A DNA stretch of 64,000 bases from Camelus ferus. Lineage: Eukaryota. Below, one piece after another: positions 1-13,754 of the stretch. The stretch covers positions 91,576,001-91,640,000 of the forward strand of contig NC_045697.1 of assembly GCF_009834535.1 (NCBI RefSeq). The letters run 5' to 3'. A program made the position numbers and the translations under genes. Within the stretch, counting starts at the first letter, position 1. The number at the start of each line of letters is the position of its first letter. The notes under the pieces were generated by a model. That model had not been told where the DNA came from. It saw only the letters and a list, made by a program, of their open reading frames with translations, and made no database searches.

Positions 1-460
1 TATTGGAAGGGGCTATTGATCCTGACTACCATGAAGAGTTAGTGTTACAACTTTAATGGAGGCAGAATGGATTATGTCCTCCTTAGGGGATCCATTGAAA
101 ATGGGCATCTCTTGGTGCTTCAGTGTCAATTGAAAACCTTGAATAGGCAACTGTAGTGACCACAGCCTGACAAGGCAAAGCAGCCAAGGACACTAATCCA
201 ATGAGAATGAAGGTCTGGATTATCTCATCACTCAAACAACCTGTACCCACTGAGGAGCTTGGCCAAATGTGAAAGAAGTGTAGAATTTGTGGTGGAGAAA
301 GTAGAAGATAAATGTCATTTATACATATAAAATCAGTTGCAGCAGTGGAGACTGTAGCTTGTTTCACTAAATATTTTGCATTAAAGCTTTATATGCTGGC
401 TGACCACTACCTTAAAGACTGTTTGACTCAGTATGGAACATGTGGCTGCAAGGAGTAGAC
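1..460 (+). mobile_element. Ancient ERVL internal 3' end (ERV3-16A3/ERVL-like, dUTPase/pol tail remnant)
   Basis: GGGGCTATTGATCCTGACTAC (GAIDPDY-like) and AATGAAGGTCTGGAT resemble ERVL internal consensus; purine tract AGGAGTAGAC directly precedes a TG LTR start. Confidence 0.65.
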
Positions 461-969
461 TGTACTGGATAGCTCTTGTGTCCCACCTCACATCTTCTCA
501 AGCCATCTTTTAAGTCTACCTGTTTCACTCTTTGATAGCATCTTACCTCTGTGTACCACATATATCTTGGTTTCTGCCTTGGTGCTTTTCTGACACTTCA
601 GCTACATGGAACACCTGTTGCAATATGCTCAGCTATTCTGGCATAAGTGCAAACCTGCAAGTTTGAGGGAATTAGCATCCTTGGTCAAATGGGGACAGGA
701 GTTATTAGGTAAATATTCCTCTCTTCAGAATATTCTTTGGATAGACAGTTCTGAGGTAAATTCCATATAGTTCTTCAGTGGTCCTCAGGACTAACCTTCA
801 ATTGCCTATGGTAGTGATCAGCTCAAAAACACAACATTATATTGGTTTATCCTGTTTACTTTTTCCAAAATCTCCATTCTCATTCTTTAGAATCATGTTC
901 TAAAGTTAATGAATGGCACTGAGCTCTTTTCTCAGGCTCTCCTTTTGGTGAAACCCAGACTAAAGTACA
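461..969 (+). mobile_element. ERVL LTR, LTR16-like (3' LTR)
   Basis: Begins TG after the purine tract and ends CTCAGGCTCTCCTTTTGGTGAAACCCAGACTAAAGTACA, resembling LTR16-family ends. Confidence 0.65.
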
Positions 970-1919
970 CTGCATTGTAATTATTCATCTTTATGTCTCT
1001 TTGTTATTCTGAAAGACCTATCTCCACAAAAATAGTCCAGAGCTCATTTAAGCATTCAGCTAGTGTTTATTGGATTTAATAACTTTAGAGGATATATTTC
1101 AAAATTTCATGTGTAGGGACAATCCTGGAATATTTTCCGTTGTGCTACTGGTTTTAGTGAGGGAAGGAGAGAAGGTGGAAATACATCCAGACATCACCTT
1201 TTTCTCCTCTCTCTTCATCTTTCCTTGTCTTTTACCTTCCTATTTCCATTGGAAAATAGATCGGAGACATAGGACTAGTTAGTTGTGACTGGGAAAATGG
1301 GCCTACATTTAGGAAATTAAAAAGTTCTCATTTTCCCCAAAATCATAACTCAGACTTTAGCAACCTGCAAAAAAGATTTTTTTCCTGTCACACAAGCCAC
1401 TTTCAGTGTCCTAGATAAAATAAATAGTAGACAAAAAAGGAAAGGACCTGTGTCTTTTTCATTTATTCTAGTTTTATCAGTGCCTATGCCAAAACATTAT
1501 TTACGTAGTACAGTCATCTTAAATTGTATTGATTTTTAAATAGAATTTCTTTTAAGGTTCCTCTAGCCACTCCTGCTACTTCTTCTGGCCCCTAAACATG
1601 AGGGTCTCCCCACTTCCTTCTGTCTGTCCCAGGTGTCCATTCTCCCCAGTCCTTTCAACTCACCCCACCTTTTCCATTAGTCTTCGTCACGGACAAAATT
1701 TTTAATTTGTCTAAGTGCCGATCTTTTAAATAGGTATTGACTCAACCGTTAGGGTATTTTACACTATTCTGGACTTAAGTCCAAGAGGTAGAGCATTTGC
1801 ATTTTGAGATGAGTATATCTGTGTAACAAATCTTCTAATTGAAGATATGTATGGGGGCATATTTTTAAAAAAATTGTCATTCCTCAGCACTACCCACTTT
1901 CTTTCTTTCTTTTTTTTGA

Positions 1920-2690
1920 TTGGTATAATGACTTTATTTGTAATATAAGTGTATGACATAACCTCACTGAAAGTGGTAGGAGAAAAAAGGAGTTTCCTAA
2001 GTAACTTAGGAAAATGATGTTTTGACTGAAAACAGACTAAAGACAAAAAAACAAAAAACAAAACAAAAAAAAACAACCCAACTATATGTAAACACAGTAT
2101 TCTAGATAGTAAATTTATTTCTCATAGGAATACCAGTTAATAATTCTGAAACTACTTTATATGTTTACTAGGGTTGAAAAATAATAGAATAAATGCTAGT
2201 TAAATAGGATCTGGGCTTCTTACTATCATAGAAATAAATTACAAATAAGCAAGGGGGAAATTTAGGATTAACTCTGCGGTACTTGCTTAGAGTTAGATAC
2301 ATCAGTATGAACTCGTGTTTAGTCTTGGTAGATAGATCAATCGATAGATAAGTCATTGATAGACATGGATAGATGATAGGTAGGTATAGATAGGATAGAC
2401 AGATTATAGATGGGTGTTTATACATTTTTAGTATACTTAAATATATATCTTATCTCTGTCCTCAGAGAAAGCCCAGAGGCAATGACACCCCAGCAACAAT
2501 AAGCACACCCAGTATTCAGTGAGGTGTGTTCTCAGTATTCTAAATATCATTTTCCAATAAAGGAACTAGGGATCCTTAGAGGAATGGCTAATTCTAGGGC
2601 TAGTTCAAGGAAAAGACAGGTTAAGCCTAGAGCATCTCCCAGTGCCAGGAAGTAAAGAAGCACTAAAAAGGAAAATAAACGAATAGGTGG
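1920..2690 (+). mobile_element. Old L1 3' UTR fragment (L1MC/L1MD-like) with GATA/TAGA-rich tract
   Basis: TAATTCTGAAACTACTTTAT, CATCAGTATGAACTC and GGAACTAGGGATCCTTAGAGGAATGGCT resemble L1MC/MD 3' UTR; approximate boundaries. Confidence 0.6.
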
Positions 2691-3599
2691 ATACTACCCA
2701 TTTTCTGATCATTTATTTTCCGAATTTTTCTTTGTAAGAGAAAAATGTATAAAATTGAATATTATAACAATTTATTATCACCAGCTATCATTTTTCATGT
2801 AAGGAATAGTGAAAAGATTTTCACTACAGCCAGATGACACATGTATGAGGAATATAAGAAAATGGAAGTTACTATTCTATGAAAAGTGGAGTGTCTGTAT
2901 AAATTTTTCTTTATGACTTTGTGATAAATAGCTAGTAATTAAAATATTATTTTCCACACAGTGTAATCCATAGATAAATTTTATGCCTCATATTTATAAA
3001 TCTAATATATAATTTAAAGGAGAAATAGTAGAAAATATTGTTAAATGATATTTCACTTTACCATCTGTAGGAATTACAGTAATATATAATTCTATCATTG
3101 GTGAGAGCTTTAGTGCTTTTCTGTTAATTTTTTACTTTGTAGTGGAAAAACTCACAGAGAATGCAGAGTTCAGTAAAAACTAATTTTCTTCTGGCAGTTT
3201 ATCAACTCAAATATCTGTTAAGTAGTATTTCTGGCTCAATAGTACACTGAAAACTGAGGTTTCTAATAATGCCCTAAGGCACTTCAGTGCCTGGAGTACA
3301 TCTTTTGAAGAGAGAGCTTTGCGGAAATAGAAAACCGAGCTATAAATGAAAGCATTCCAAAAAGTTAAAAATGTGCTAAATACAAATGTATGTCTTTGAA
3401 TGAACTTTGAAAAGAATATCCAGAAGAAAAAAAGATAATTAATACCACAAGTAGTAAGCTTTGATACATATCATAGAAGCACCAAGTGTCTTGTATTCCT
3501 ACAATAGTCCTGGCTTTGCTCCTGACTGCCAGATTTTGTGCGTCATTTCATTAAAATTTCTAATATTTATTATTTTTCAGGAATCATTCAGGACCTTTA

Positions 3600-3780
3600 T
3601 ATTTAATTTTGACAACAACCTCAGAGAGAATTGTATATCTTGGAATGCTTATTTTTAAAGTTAAGGAAACTGAGGCCTTCAGAGATTAAATGTCTTGCCC
3701 AAGATCATACAGCTAAAAAGTGGATTTGAACCCAGGAAGTTTGATTCTGGAGACCGGGCACTCGTCAACTATGCTGCAGC
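3600..3780 (-). mobile_element. MIR SINE
   Basis: Reverse MIR core GGAAACTGAGGC...TTGCCCAAGATCATACAGCT...TTTGAACCCAGG. Confidence 0.75.
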
Positions 3781-5299
3781 CTCTGTGAGTCTTGATTTTT
3801 CATCTATAAAATAGAGCTACTGAAGTGAGTTCTTTCTTGCCTGATTCTATAAATAAAAATAACATAGAAGGAAAAATAGGTTCATAAGCCCTTCACTTTT
3901 TTGTAGTACACTCACAGAGAAGATGGGTATACAAGTCGCTCATTAATAAGCCACTTGCTAAGAGAAACACATTTTCCCCCTAGGCTCTTCTAGGGTATCA
4001 TTTATTGCAGTAGTGCAATGTCACACCTGAAAATTGTCATTCCAGCTGGTGTACTTTGGTGGTGGACTTGTGGCTAATCTGAATGGAAATCTCTTAGGAT
4101 TTATCCTGAGTAGGGAATGAACCACAGTGTGATATAATATCAGAGAGGAAGAAAACCCAGGCTGCAACTATACTAAATGCTTTTACTAACTTGGCTTTTG
4201 TCAAAAATCAAAACACATTTTTGTCATAAGCTTCAGAAGATACGAAAACTTTGGCAACCAAACTTCACACCCTTGAGTAACTTGCACTAACTTGAGCAAC
4301 TTGGCAATAACTGTAATAGACTTATCTCCATGTATCAGAAACTGGCGAAATTTAGCAGTAATTTGTTCTAAAAGATCTTATAATCTGCTTGTGCAGAAAA
4401 CCTCAAGGTTGTGAGTATCTGCATTCCTCTTCTTAATATTTTACTGTTTGCAACAGTGACAGTGTATCTGTTTTCCTTTCTGAGAGGATTATCTTCTATC
4501 AAAAACAATAAAGTAGGTTAACTTATATCAGTGACTTTTCAAGTTGCAAGTTGCAAACCCACTAGGGAGTAGATTATAGAATCCAAATAGTAGGTTGTAA
4601 CCATAAATAATTAATTAGAATTGAAAATAAAAGAGTATATCATATTCACTAAGTATATATATTGTTTCAAGAGTTTTGTTCATATTTTAGATCTAGTCAC
4701 AAAAGTTCAAAATCCATCAGTTTTGAGTGTTTACAGAACACAGGCTTTAAACAGTTTGGTTCTTCACAATATTATCTTCTGCATAACTAGTTAATGTCTA
4801 AAAGATTCTCAATGATTAGTGACTGAAAAAGATTTGGAGGGGAACCTCATATTCAAATGTGTCTCTGATGCAGCTTAAAAACTAAGGAAAGAAATATGGT
4901 CTTCCACTTTATTCTTCAACTCTATAAATTTTAAGAGATAGGTAGGTAGGTAGATAGCACTTGCAAAGATATAGAGCCTCAGATTTTACATATATTCATT
5001 GCACGTGGTCCCTTTTTACTGTATGCTTTGAGTTATAAGTAAAAGTTAGCTCAACTCAAGCTAGCTTAAATGGTAATAGGAGATATGGCAGACTTCTTGG
5101 CAGTTTGATGTAGAGGTTGACATTTTTACTGTGTCATCAGGTTTCTAGCTCAATTTATATGTGGTTTTCTTGCTCTACCATCTTTTAGGTCTTCTTCATC
5201 CAAAGACATCTTTCCTTTTTGTATATGAAATGACTGGGTTTTATAAGCCTCACAATGACAAACCACAAAATCTAACATAAGAGAAAATACTCAGTGATT

Positions 5300-6880
5300 T
5301 ATGGCACTATTCTAAATATGTTACTCATTTCATGAAAATTACAATTCTCTGAAGTCTGGATTTTGATAATTGTATTCCCATGCTTCCATCTGTCTCCTGT
5401 ATTTTCTGTGAATTATATCTAGATACTTGATTACATCCAGGTTCAATTTTTGGTAAGAATAGTTCATAGACAGTATTGTAAGATTCTTCTATCAGGAGAT
5501 GCATTATGTCTGATTGTCTCCATTTTGTGATGTTAGAAGCCACTGATGAACATTGCCTAAGTCCATAAATGATAATCCAATTTTATCTTTACTTCCATAT
5601 TTCTTAGCTGTTGAATTATCCCAGTTCAACTATTTAGATTCCAAGAAGCACTGTTTTTACAAGATAAATGCTTGATTTTTTTCCTTTGATTTAACTATTT
5701 TCTGAATACTTGATTCTCCAGCAATCTCCAAAGATGACCAGTGATATTTTTAAAAATATCTTTCTGAGCTCATGGATTTAAAAATATTGTATGTATATCA
5801 ATTCATTGCAGTTTTCTCATTGGTGGTCAATGTGTTCTGTCTTTGGCCAGTGGAATCTCTTTAAGTTTGTTCCTAAGTCTTTTGATATGACCTTTGTAGT
5901 CTTTAGTAGCTTATTTGCTTTCTGGTATAACAAGATGTTCTGGGCTCATCTTGGACATTGCCTGCTATAGACATAGAGCTTGCCATTTCTCCAGTAAATC
6001 TTGGTTTCTCTTGGTAGCAAATGATTTTTAAAGACCACTATTTGAATACTAAGAGTGCCTATTGCTAACGGGTTGATTATTTTTTCCTAGTCCTTTTTAA
6101 AAAATGCATCATGACTTCATATTGATACTTCCTACTTAATTTTATACATTTTACATCTGTTTCTGTTTTAATAGGGCCCAAATTGGTTTTCAGTGATTTC
6201 AACATAATCTCATTTGTTTTTTTCCTACAATGCACACACTAGACTGAATAAATTAACACTATCAATAAGAATATGATTACTAGAAAGAGTTTAAAGGGTA
6301 TTTTTATTTTTCCTATTCATTTTGACCTTAGCATATATCCCACCAAAAATATACAGTCCAATTCCTGTCTCTAAAGTCACTTGAAAGTAGTTTCTGTCTA
6401 TGTATTATGCACTGAAGTCAATATGCACTGAAGTCAATACACAATTAAGTTCATTGGTTTAATTCCCCTTTTACTTTGGGGGAATTAAAATTTTTTTTAA
6501 TAATTTAAAATATTAAGAGGTCTCAAATTCAAATCTACAAATGAAGATATACTCAGAGAACTCTGGCCTCTATTCTGATTCCCTCCAACCCATCACCTCT
6601 CTACCCCTATAGATAACCATTTAAAAAAATTATAATTCATGCTTCCATTTTTAAAAATAATTTATTTTTTAAACTTTTTTGGGGGTGGTAATTTGATTTA
6701 TCTATTTATTTTACTTTTTTTTTTTTGTAATGGAGCTGCTGGGAACTGAATCCAGGACCTTGTGCATGCTAAGTGTGCACTCTACCACTGAGCTATACCA
6801 TCCCCCTTCATGCTTCCATTTTTTAATATAAGCAAATATGTATAAATTGTCATATCCTCCCATCTTAGATATAAATGTTA
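5300..6880 (-). mobile_element. Old L1 3' UTR fragment (L1MC-like), interrupted by a SINE
   Basis: Reverse L1M 3' UTR motifs (CAGGTTCAATTTTTGGTAAGAAT, GCCATTTCTCCAGTAAATCTTGGTTTC); approximate boundaries. Confidence 0.55.
6653..6806 (-). mobile_element. Camelid tRNA-derived SINE (Vic-like)
   Basis: Reverse strand reads GGTATAGCTCAGTGGTAGAGTGCACACTTAGCATGCACAAGGTCCTGGATTCAGTTCCCAGC (A and B boxes) plus an A-rich tail; TSD TTCATGCTTCCATTTTT at 6636-6652 and 6807-6823. Confidence 0.85.
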
Positions 6881-6999
6881 GCATCCTGGAGCTAACAGAA
6901 AATTTCACTGTCAAATTAGACTTACTAATAATTTCAAGGATATAAATAACCAAAAGCTCAGGCAAGTCAGAAAGAAAGCTAGTTCATTCTATATGGCTA

Positions 7000-9900
7000 T
7001 CTTGGTGTTTCCTTTCTGCGTAAGACACTTTCTCTGGCCAGTGATAGATGATGTCTTTTAGTGAGATTTGTGGCTGATCTCACATAGTAAGAGAAGGGTT
7101 GCCCATTCCCATTTTATATTTAGATTAGTTAAGGCCTTATATGCCATTTCTCCCTTGGCCATGCCTTATAAATCCATAGATTCCAGGGACAATCTTGCTA
7201 AGAGAATTCCACAGATAAGGACTCACCTGATAGCACATATCCTTAGCCTAAAGAAGTCAGTTATCAGCATGTTTACAGAAATATTAAGACTGGGACACCT
7301 GTCTTTTTTTCTTTCCTGGAGTATGTTCCCTTGGTAATCAGAGAGAAACAAATTTCAGCCAGCAGCTTTAATAAGGAGCAAGAATTCCCTCTACAGAATA
7401 CCTTAACAATGACCATACTGCTTCATAAGTCTTTTACCAATTCAGTTACTCTTTTCCCCTTGTTTATCCACAGTTATTTGAACTTTTAAAATAATGTGCT
7501 GAATTAAGAATTTAACTTGAGTGTATAATTTTTCTAAGGCCAAATACATTGCCTTCTCCGGCCAGTTGGTTTCCATAAGTGTTATATCTGTTGGGAGATT
7601 TAATTCAACTTCCCTAAATATTTTCTTATCCTGGGAAATTATTGTTTACATAAATCTTCCTTTTTGTTTAATTGTATAAATAAATTTACAAATTCTTTGT
7701 TATACCATATAGCTGTAGAAGAGAGATTAAAGTAACATTTGACACATCGTGTATTTGTTAATATTATGGGATCATTCTGTTCTCAATAGAAATGTCTTCT
7801 CCTATACCACATTCCCCTTTATAAGGGTGGTGACTAGAGTCCATTGTTCAGTAAATTCTGGGCCCCATTTGGTTTATTCCAGGTGTTATGGTACAGGTTT
7901 TTACAGATGTCATGTAACATTTACCCGTGCTAGGTAAGACATAGGTTGCTTTGGTATCCAAACCTCCATACCTGCTGAGTGCAAGAACCCAGGTAGCTAG
8001 CTCAGGAATCTGATTAAGGCATCTGCCTTAGCATTCCAGTCTCCTTTCTGAGCTGGGAACTGGATTTTTTTGTGAACATCCACACGATCCACTTTAATTC
8101 TTCTTAATTCCCACAGGGGTTTTCTTAATTGAGTGCCACGTAAGGATATTCCTCCATTGCCTAACGATCTAGGACCCATTTGTGGTTGACTACAACCCAG
8201 AGTCTATGAATATCCAAATGCTCCTCTGAGATCAGGAGCCTAATTCTCCGGCTGCTAAACTGGCAGCTCTCAACTCTGCCAAATTTGCAGACTTGCCTCC
8301 CCTCAAGGTTATTTATATCAGTAAGGCACATAGCTGCCAATTTCCAAACAGTAATGTGGTCCTCAAGGCAGGAACTCCCATTAGTGAACCAGGCAGCTGC
8401 TTCTTGGCTGGGAAAGAATCACAGGACTTGGACCACTGAGCACTGTGGGGAAGGGAGATCCTTGGAGGGCTCTCTCACTGGCTCTGTGAGCAACTTGCTC
8501 TCATATTCAGTACACTTCCCCTGAACTTCCCACCTTGTGTATTCTTCCACGTAGCATTTCCTCCTGGTCAGTGAGATTTGCTGTGCTGCCTTTTCTCTGT
8601 TCAATGTCTCTCTGGTGTCATTCAAGGCAGGATTGATATCCAGCCTCAAAATTATTTGATACCCTTCTGTGGTGGTAGGAGCCGGGTGGCCATTTGACCA
8701 ATACCCAGAAACAAACTAGCATCTGTCTTTCAAATGGGCTCATTAAGAGCAGCTGCCTCAGTAATTTTTCAAGTCCAAACCCAAGAGGTCTTTGCTGAGT
8801 AGCCCTGTTTAATTTCTCCCAAAGGCTTCACATCTGCATATATTCTAGGAGGTGAATATTATATAATCTGAGAAGTTGGATCACGAGGTCATAGTTGGGC
8901 TCCCTGTGCCACCATCCTCCGCAAATCTTTTTTTTATGCTTACCACCCCACCTAAAATAAAATTTATTTTTGATGACTTTGTGACAGGAGCTAACAGTAT
9001 TCTAACAGGAACAATGTGATTTTGCCAAAACTCAAATAGTCCTAGCTGTGCTCTTCTTGCTTGTTGAAAGTGTCTGTTAGAGACAGTAACTTACTCCCCA
9101 CAGTTTGAGGAATGTCTCAGGTTACTCCAGGAATTTCTTATGTTGGGCTGGACTTGAATTTTAGCTGGATTTATCAGCCATCCTCTATTTGTCATAAAGG
9201 TGACTATGGTTCTTAATTCTTCTTGACCTTTTTCCTCTGAGGAGTCAATTAACATAATAGCATCAATGTAGTGCATTAACTTGTTCTTTATGGTTCTTTA
9301 GTACAAGTCCTGACTCACTAGATTATGGTAATATGTCAGGGAATTTACTGTATTGCTCTGGCTCTGGCAATACCGTAAATTTACACTGATTTCCATTCCA
9401 TAAAAATGCAAACTGTGTCTAGCTAGAGTGTGAATTTAGGATTGATAAGAAGGCATTACGTTAGATATTAGGTTAGATGCATAATGGCATCCCAGGCCCC
9501 TTTGGCCTGTTGCACTTCTTACATAGTTTTCACCGTATTAGGTGTAACTGAAGCAATCAGAGGAACCACCTTGTTTCATCCTTGACAGTCTGTTGCCTAC
9601 CTTCAGGAACCTTATGCCTTATATAGTAGCTAGGACTGTTAAAAAGGGGGTCAATGGGAATCAAAACTCCCGTCTTAACCTTTTCCTTAATTTGAACAGT
9701 GATCTATTGTTGCCCTCCTGGAATTCTGTATTGCTTAGTATTAATGACTGCGGAGAATTTAGGCAATTCCAAAGGTTCTCATTTAGCACGGCTAATTAAA
9801 ACTGGGTGAGGGGTAGACTTAGACAATATCCCCTGTGAAAAGGGCAGAGGCAACAGGCCTTGTGTTTTCAGCTACAGGACTTAACACCAAAGGGGGCTAT

Positions 9901-10140
9901 ATTTTAGTCAATAAACATCTCCATTTTATATTCAGATTTTTACATTTCTTATGTGACATTTTCCAGGGACATATGCCCCACAAATCCAAATCTAGGATTT
10001 TATTTTAATCATAAGCAATCTTAAGCCAACCAAATATATCCTGCCAAAAGCATTCCATTGACAAGGAATATCTTGCTAGCAAATATCATTATTTCACCAG
10101 ATTTGTCATAATCTGGTTTACAAGGAGATTTGACTGGGTC
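7000..10140 (-). mobile_element. Decayed class III (ERVL-like) endogenous retrovirus pol fragment (RT, RNase H, start of integrase)
   Basis: Minus-strand remnants: QFAFLWNGNQCKFTVLP (~9365-9420), HYIDAIML...RGWLINPAKIQ (9091-9276; YIDD-type RT), AAWFTNGSS (~8360-8400), LAELRA, and VDVHKK...GDWNAKADAL (RNase H, 7997-8179). Many stops and frameshifts; outer boundaries uncertain. Confidence 0.8.
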
Positions 10141-10509
10141 ACTTTCTTTTTACCTAGGCCATCCCCATAGAAAAGAAGGAAATAGATTGCTGTTCTGCTG
10201 CTTAACTATTTACTTCATAAAGACTTGTATTTTTGCCAGAATATCTTTGGACTATAATCCTAGGAATAGTATTTTCTGAGTCAAAGGTCAAACACATATG
10301 CCATATACAATTTTGCTAGAAAGTACAGAATCATGTGCCATAGAGAAATTTGCATTTCCACCTTTAAAGTATGATAGTTCCTGTTATGAGACAGCTTCTC
10401 TACCAGAGTATGTTATCATGCTTTCAAGATTTAGCTATTCTGAGAGGTAAGAAATGTTATCTCGATGATTTGCTCTTATGTTGTTATAATCTTTTTGGAC
10501 ATCATCTTG

Positions 10510-11320
10510 CTTATATATCAGAATTTGACAACATTGATTGTTCCCTCCTGGATATCCCTCACTTATCTTGGGAATGTCACTTTCTCAGTTCTCCTCCTAA
10601 TTTTTCTTGGCTTGTTCCTTCTCTTTTCAGACTTTAACAATGGAATTTGCCAAGGCTCAATCTTCAGACCTTTTCTTTTTATATATTTTCTCCTTTGGTC
10701 ACTTCAGTCAGTATCATGATTTAAAATACATTATATGTGCTAATGATTCCCAAAGGTATATCTTCATCCTCCTAATGTGTGCATGAATGTATACAGCTCT
10801 TCATATTGCCACTAAGTTGTCAAATGAGCATCTCATATTTGCATGTCTAAAACTAAACTCTTTTTAGCCACCATACCTGATACTCCCCAAATTTGTCTTA
10901 TCTTAAATGGCAAGTCTTTCTGCAGTTCAGGATGAAAAGTTATCATTTGACCCAAATCCAATTCATTGACAAATCTAATCATCTCCTCTTTTGAAATATA
11001 TCCAGAATCTCACCACTTCTTTTTTTTTTTTTTAATTGAGGTACAGTCAATTACAATGTGTCAATTTTTGGTGTACAGCACAACGTCCCAGTCATGCATA
11101 TACATACATATATTCATTTTCATATTCACCACTTCTTAACACCTTCATTACTACCACTGTAGCCCAAACCACTATCATCTTTCCTGGATTGTTGCAATTT
11201 TGCAACCCTGAATTATTACTGTAGTCTTTGAAAAGAACGAGTCTCCCTGCTGTTCCCCTTGCCCTGCTCCCTTGTATCCTCACCCCATACCTGTTCTCTA
11301 AACAGAAGGCGGGTTCTACT
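10510..11320 (+). mobile_element. L2 LINE ORF2/3' fragment (continues at ~13755-14240)
   Basis: GICQGSIFRPFLF resembles the L2 RT GVPQGSVLGPLLF motif, followed by a degenerate YADDSQ (GCTAATGATTCCCAA) and typical L2 3' sequence. Confidence 0.7.
11022..11125 (-). mobile_element. Very short 5'-truncated young L1 3' end
   Basis: Poly-T then AATTGAGGTACAGTCAATTACAATGTGTCAATTTTTGGTGTACAGCA, like the L1 ends at 52501 and 62460; TSD TCACCACTTCTT at 11010-11021 and 11126-11137. Confidence 0.8.
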
Positions 11321-13110
11321 TTTTAAAAACAATATAATTTGGGTAAAATTTACAAAAAATAAAATGTATAATTTGATTACTTTAAAACATCTCCTGTGCC
11401 TGTCTGTAGCCAATCCCTGCTCCCACCCTCATACGCAAGCAACAACTAGTTTATTTTCTTTCCGTACAGTTTTGCCTTTCCTAGAACTTTCATATAATTA
11501 TAATTATATACTGTAGTTCCAATCTTTTCTGTCTGGGGTCTGTCACTGGCACAATGTTTTTGAAATATATCTGTGTTGTTGCATGTCCGTAGTTTGTTCC
11601 TTTTTATTGCTCAGAAATATTCCATTGTATGGATATACTGTAATTTCTTTATTGATTCACCTATTGGTAGACATTTGAGTTGCTTCCAGATGCTGGCTAT
11701 TTTGCATAAAGGTGCTATGAACATTTGTATATGAGTATTTTTGCAAACATGTTATTAATTCTCTTTGGTAAATATCTGAGAGAGAAATTACTGGATCATG
11801 TGGTAACTATATGTTGTCCTTCTAAGAAAATGATAAATTATTTGCAAAGTGGCTTTACCATTTTATAGTACTAACAATACATGACAATTTTAGTTGTTTC
11901 ACATTTTCACCAACCTTGGTATTGTCAGTCTTTTAAATTTTAAACCTTCAAGTATGGGTAGGCTGGTTTCTCAAGTGTGATTTTAAATTTTATTTCTTGG
12001 CTGACCAATAATTTTGATTTGTGTTTTCATGTGCTTACTGGCCATTCATGTATTTTATTTTGTGAAGTGTCTATTCAAATATTTTGCCAATTTTTGTTTG
12101 TCTTTTTATAATTCAGCTGTTTTGAAAAATATATTCTGGATACGAGTCCTTAGACAAATATATGTATTGCAAATAATTTCTCCCAGTCTATGGCTTGGCT
12201 TGCCTTTTCATTTTCTTAAACATATCTTTCAAAGAGTAAATGCTTTGTAACTTTTACTCTTCGAATTCACAATATAATATACAACTAGAATACATTATTT
12301 TACTCTTCTATCCATAAAACATTGTTTTTATTTTTGCTTCTATTAGTCAATTATATTTTATAAATTTTTTAAAAATAGAGAATAGTAAGTTTTTTTGTAT
12401 CTACTCACACACTTACCACTTCTAGCACTGTTCACTCTTTTGAATTTTAAAGGTGTTTTTTCCCCCTCTCTGGCATCATTTTCTTCTGCTTCAAGAACTT
12501 CCTCTAATATTTACTAGAGTATAGGTCTGCTGAGATGAATTCTCATAGAATTTCTTTTCTGAGAAGTCTTTATCTTACTTTAATTTTTGAAAGATAGTTT
12601 CACTGGTCATGGAATTCTCAGTTGACTTTTACTTTCAGTGTTACAAAGATACGACCGCACTTCCTTCTTATTTATGCATATTCTAATACAGTGTGCTATA
12701 TTCTTTTTTCCTTTGTTTGTAATCTTTTTTTAATTTGCTCACTCACTTTTGTGATTTTCCTCTTATCACAGGGTTTTGGCAATGTGTTTATGATGTGCCA
12801 TGGTACGGATTTCTTGGTATTTATGTTAACTGGGGTTTTGTTAGCTTCTTGGATCTCTGAGTTGTAGTTTTAATAAAACTTGGAAAACTTTTAGCCATTA
12901 ATTTTAAAAAATACTTTTTTCTGTTCTATTTTCTCCTCAGTCAAGCCTGCTTAATTTAGTTACATAGGTCATTGAGATTCCAGTCATTTCTTTTCCAGTC
13001 TTTTCTTCTCTGTGCCTTATTTAAGAGTGTCTTCACATCCACTGAACCTTCCTTTGCGGTGTCTAGTCTGCTGTCAATCCCATCAGGTTAAATTTTCATT
13101 CTGGATATTA
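11321..13110 (-). mobile_element. Old L1 fragments (3' end/ORF2 tail, then ORF1 region)
   Basis: TTTGCCTTTCCTAGAACTTTCATAT, GGTAGACATTTGAGTTGCTTCCAG, GCTATGAACATT (3' end) and TTTTTGAAAGATAGTTTCACTGG (ORF1, reverse). Confidence 0.7.
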
Positions 13111-13515
13111 TAATAGTTACCTATTGATGAATATAAAATTACTCCCCAAATTAGCATCTTAAAACATTATTTATTATCTCTTAATTCCTATGGGTTAGGA
13201 ATTTGGGAATGGCTTAACTGGGTGGTTCTGACTCCAGGTCTCCCATGAGATTATAGTCAAGCTCTTTATAGGGTCTGCAGTCTCATCAGAAGGCTTGACT
13301 AGGGGATGATGTGCTTTCAAGCTCACTCAACTGGCTGTTGACACCCAGTTCCATACCACATGAACCTCTCCACAGGGTTGCCTTGTGACATGGCTGCTGA
13401 CTTCCTCCACAGCAAGCAATCTTGGAGAGCAAGAGAGCAAGTGTGCACGCCCAAGACAGAATGCAGTCCTTTTATAGCCTACTGTCAGAAGTGACATCCC
13501 ATTACTACCATTTTG
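13110..13515 (-). mobile_element. MaLR LTR (MLT1F/G/H-like)
   Basis: TTTATTATCTC...TGGGTTAGGAATTTGGGAATGGCTTAACTGGGTGGTTCTG...AGAAGTGACATCCCATTACT resembles reverse MLT1. Confidence 0.7.
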
Positions 13516-13754
13516 ATCCTTTTGAAACTTTAAAAATCTCTCCTTGTGCTAAGTTCTAGAAATTGCTTTCAGGCCAACAGCCACAGTAGTTACAGGCTCA
13601 CTTTGTTTCCCTTTTCTTGTACTGCTTGTTGTCTAATATCTGACAGTGGTGGTTTCATGTAATTTATTCAGTTTTTCTATTTGTTTATGGCAGGACCCAT
13701 AGCAAGTCCCATAGGAGTTACCACATTCATGGGTAGAAACAGACTTTCAGGTAC

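Noticed and set aside
6407..6439. Tandem ATGCACTGAAGTCAAT duplication (also AACATCTGA repeats near 44038-44060) as a repeat array
   Set aside because: Only 2-3 adjacent copies without spacers; ordinary slippage duplications, not CRISPR-like.
7997..9276. Functional or domesticated retroviral RT
   Set aside because: The YIDD motif reads YIDA, the RNase H DGS reads NGS, and the frame is broken by many stops and frameshifts.
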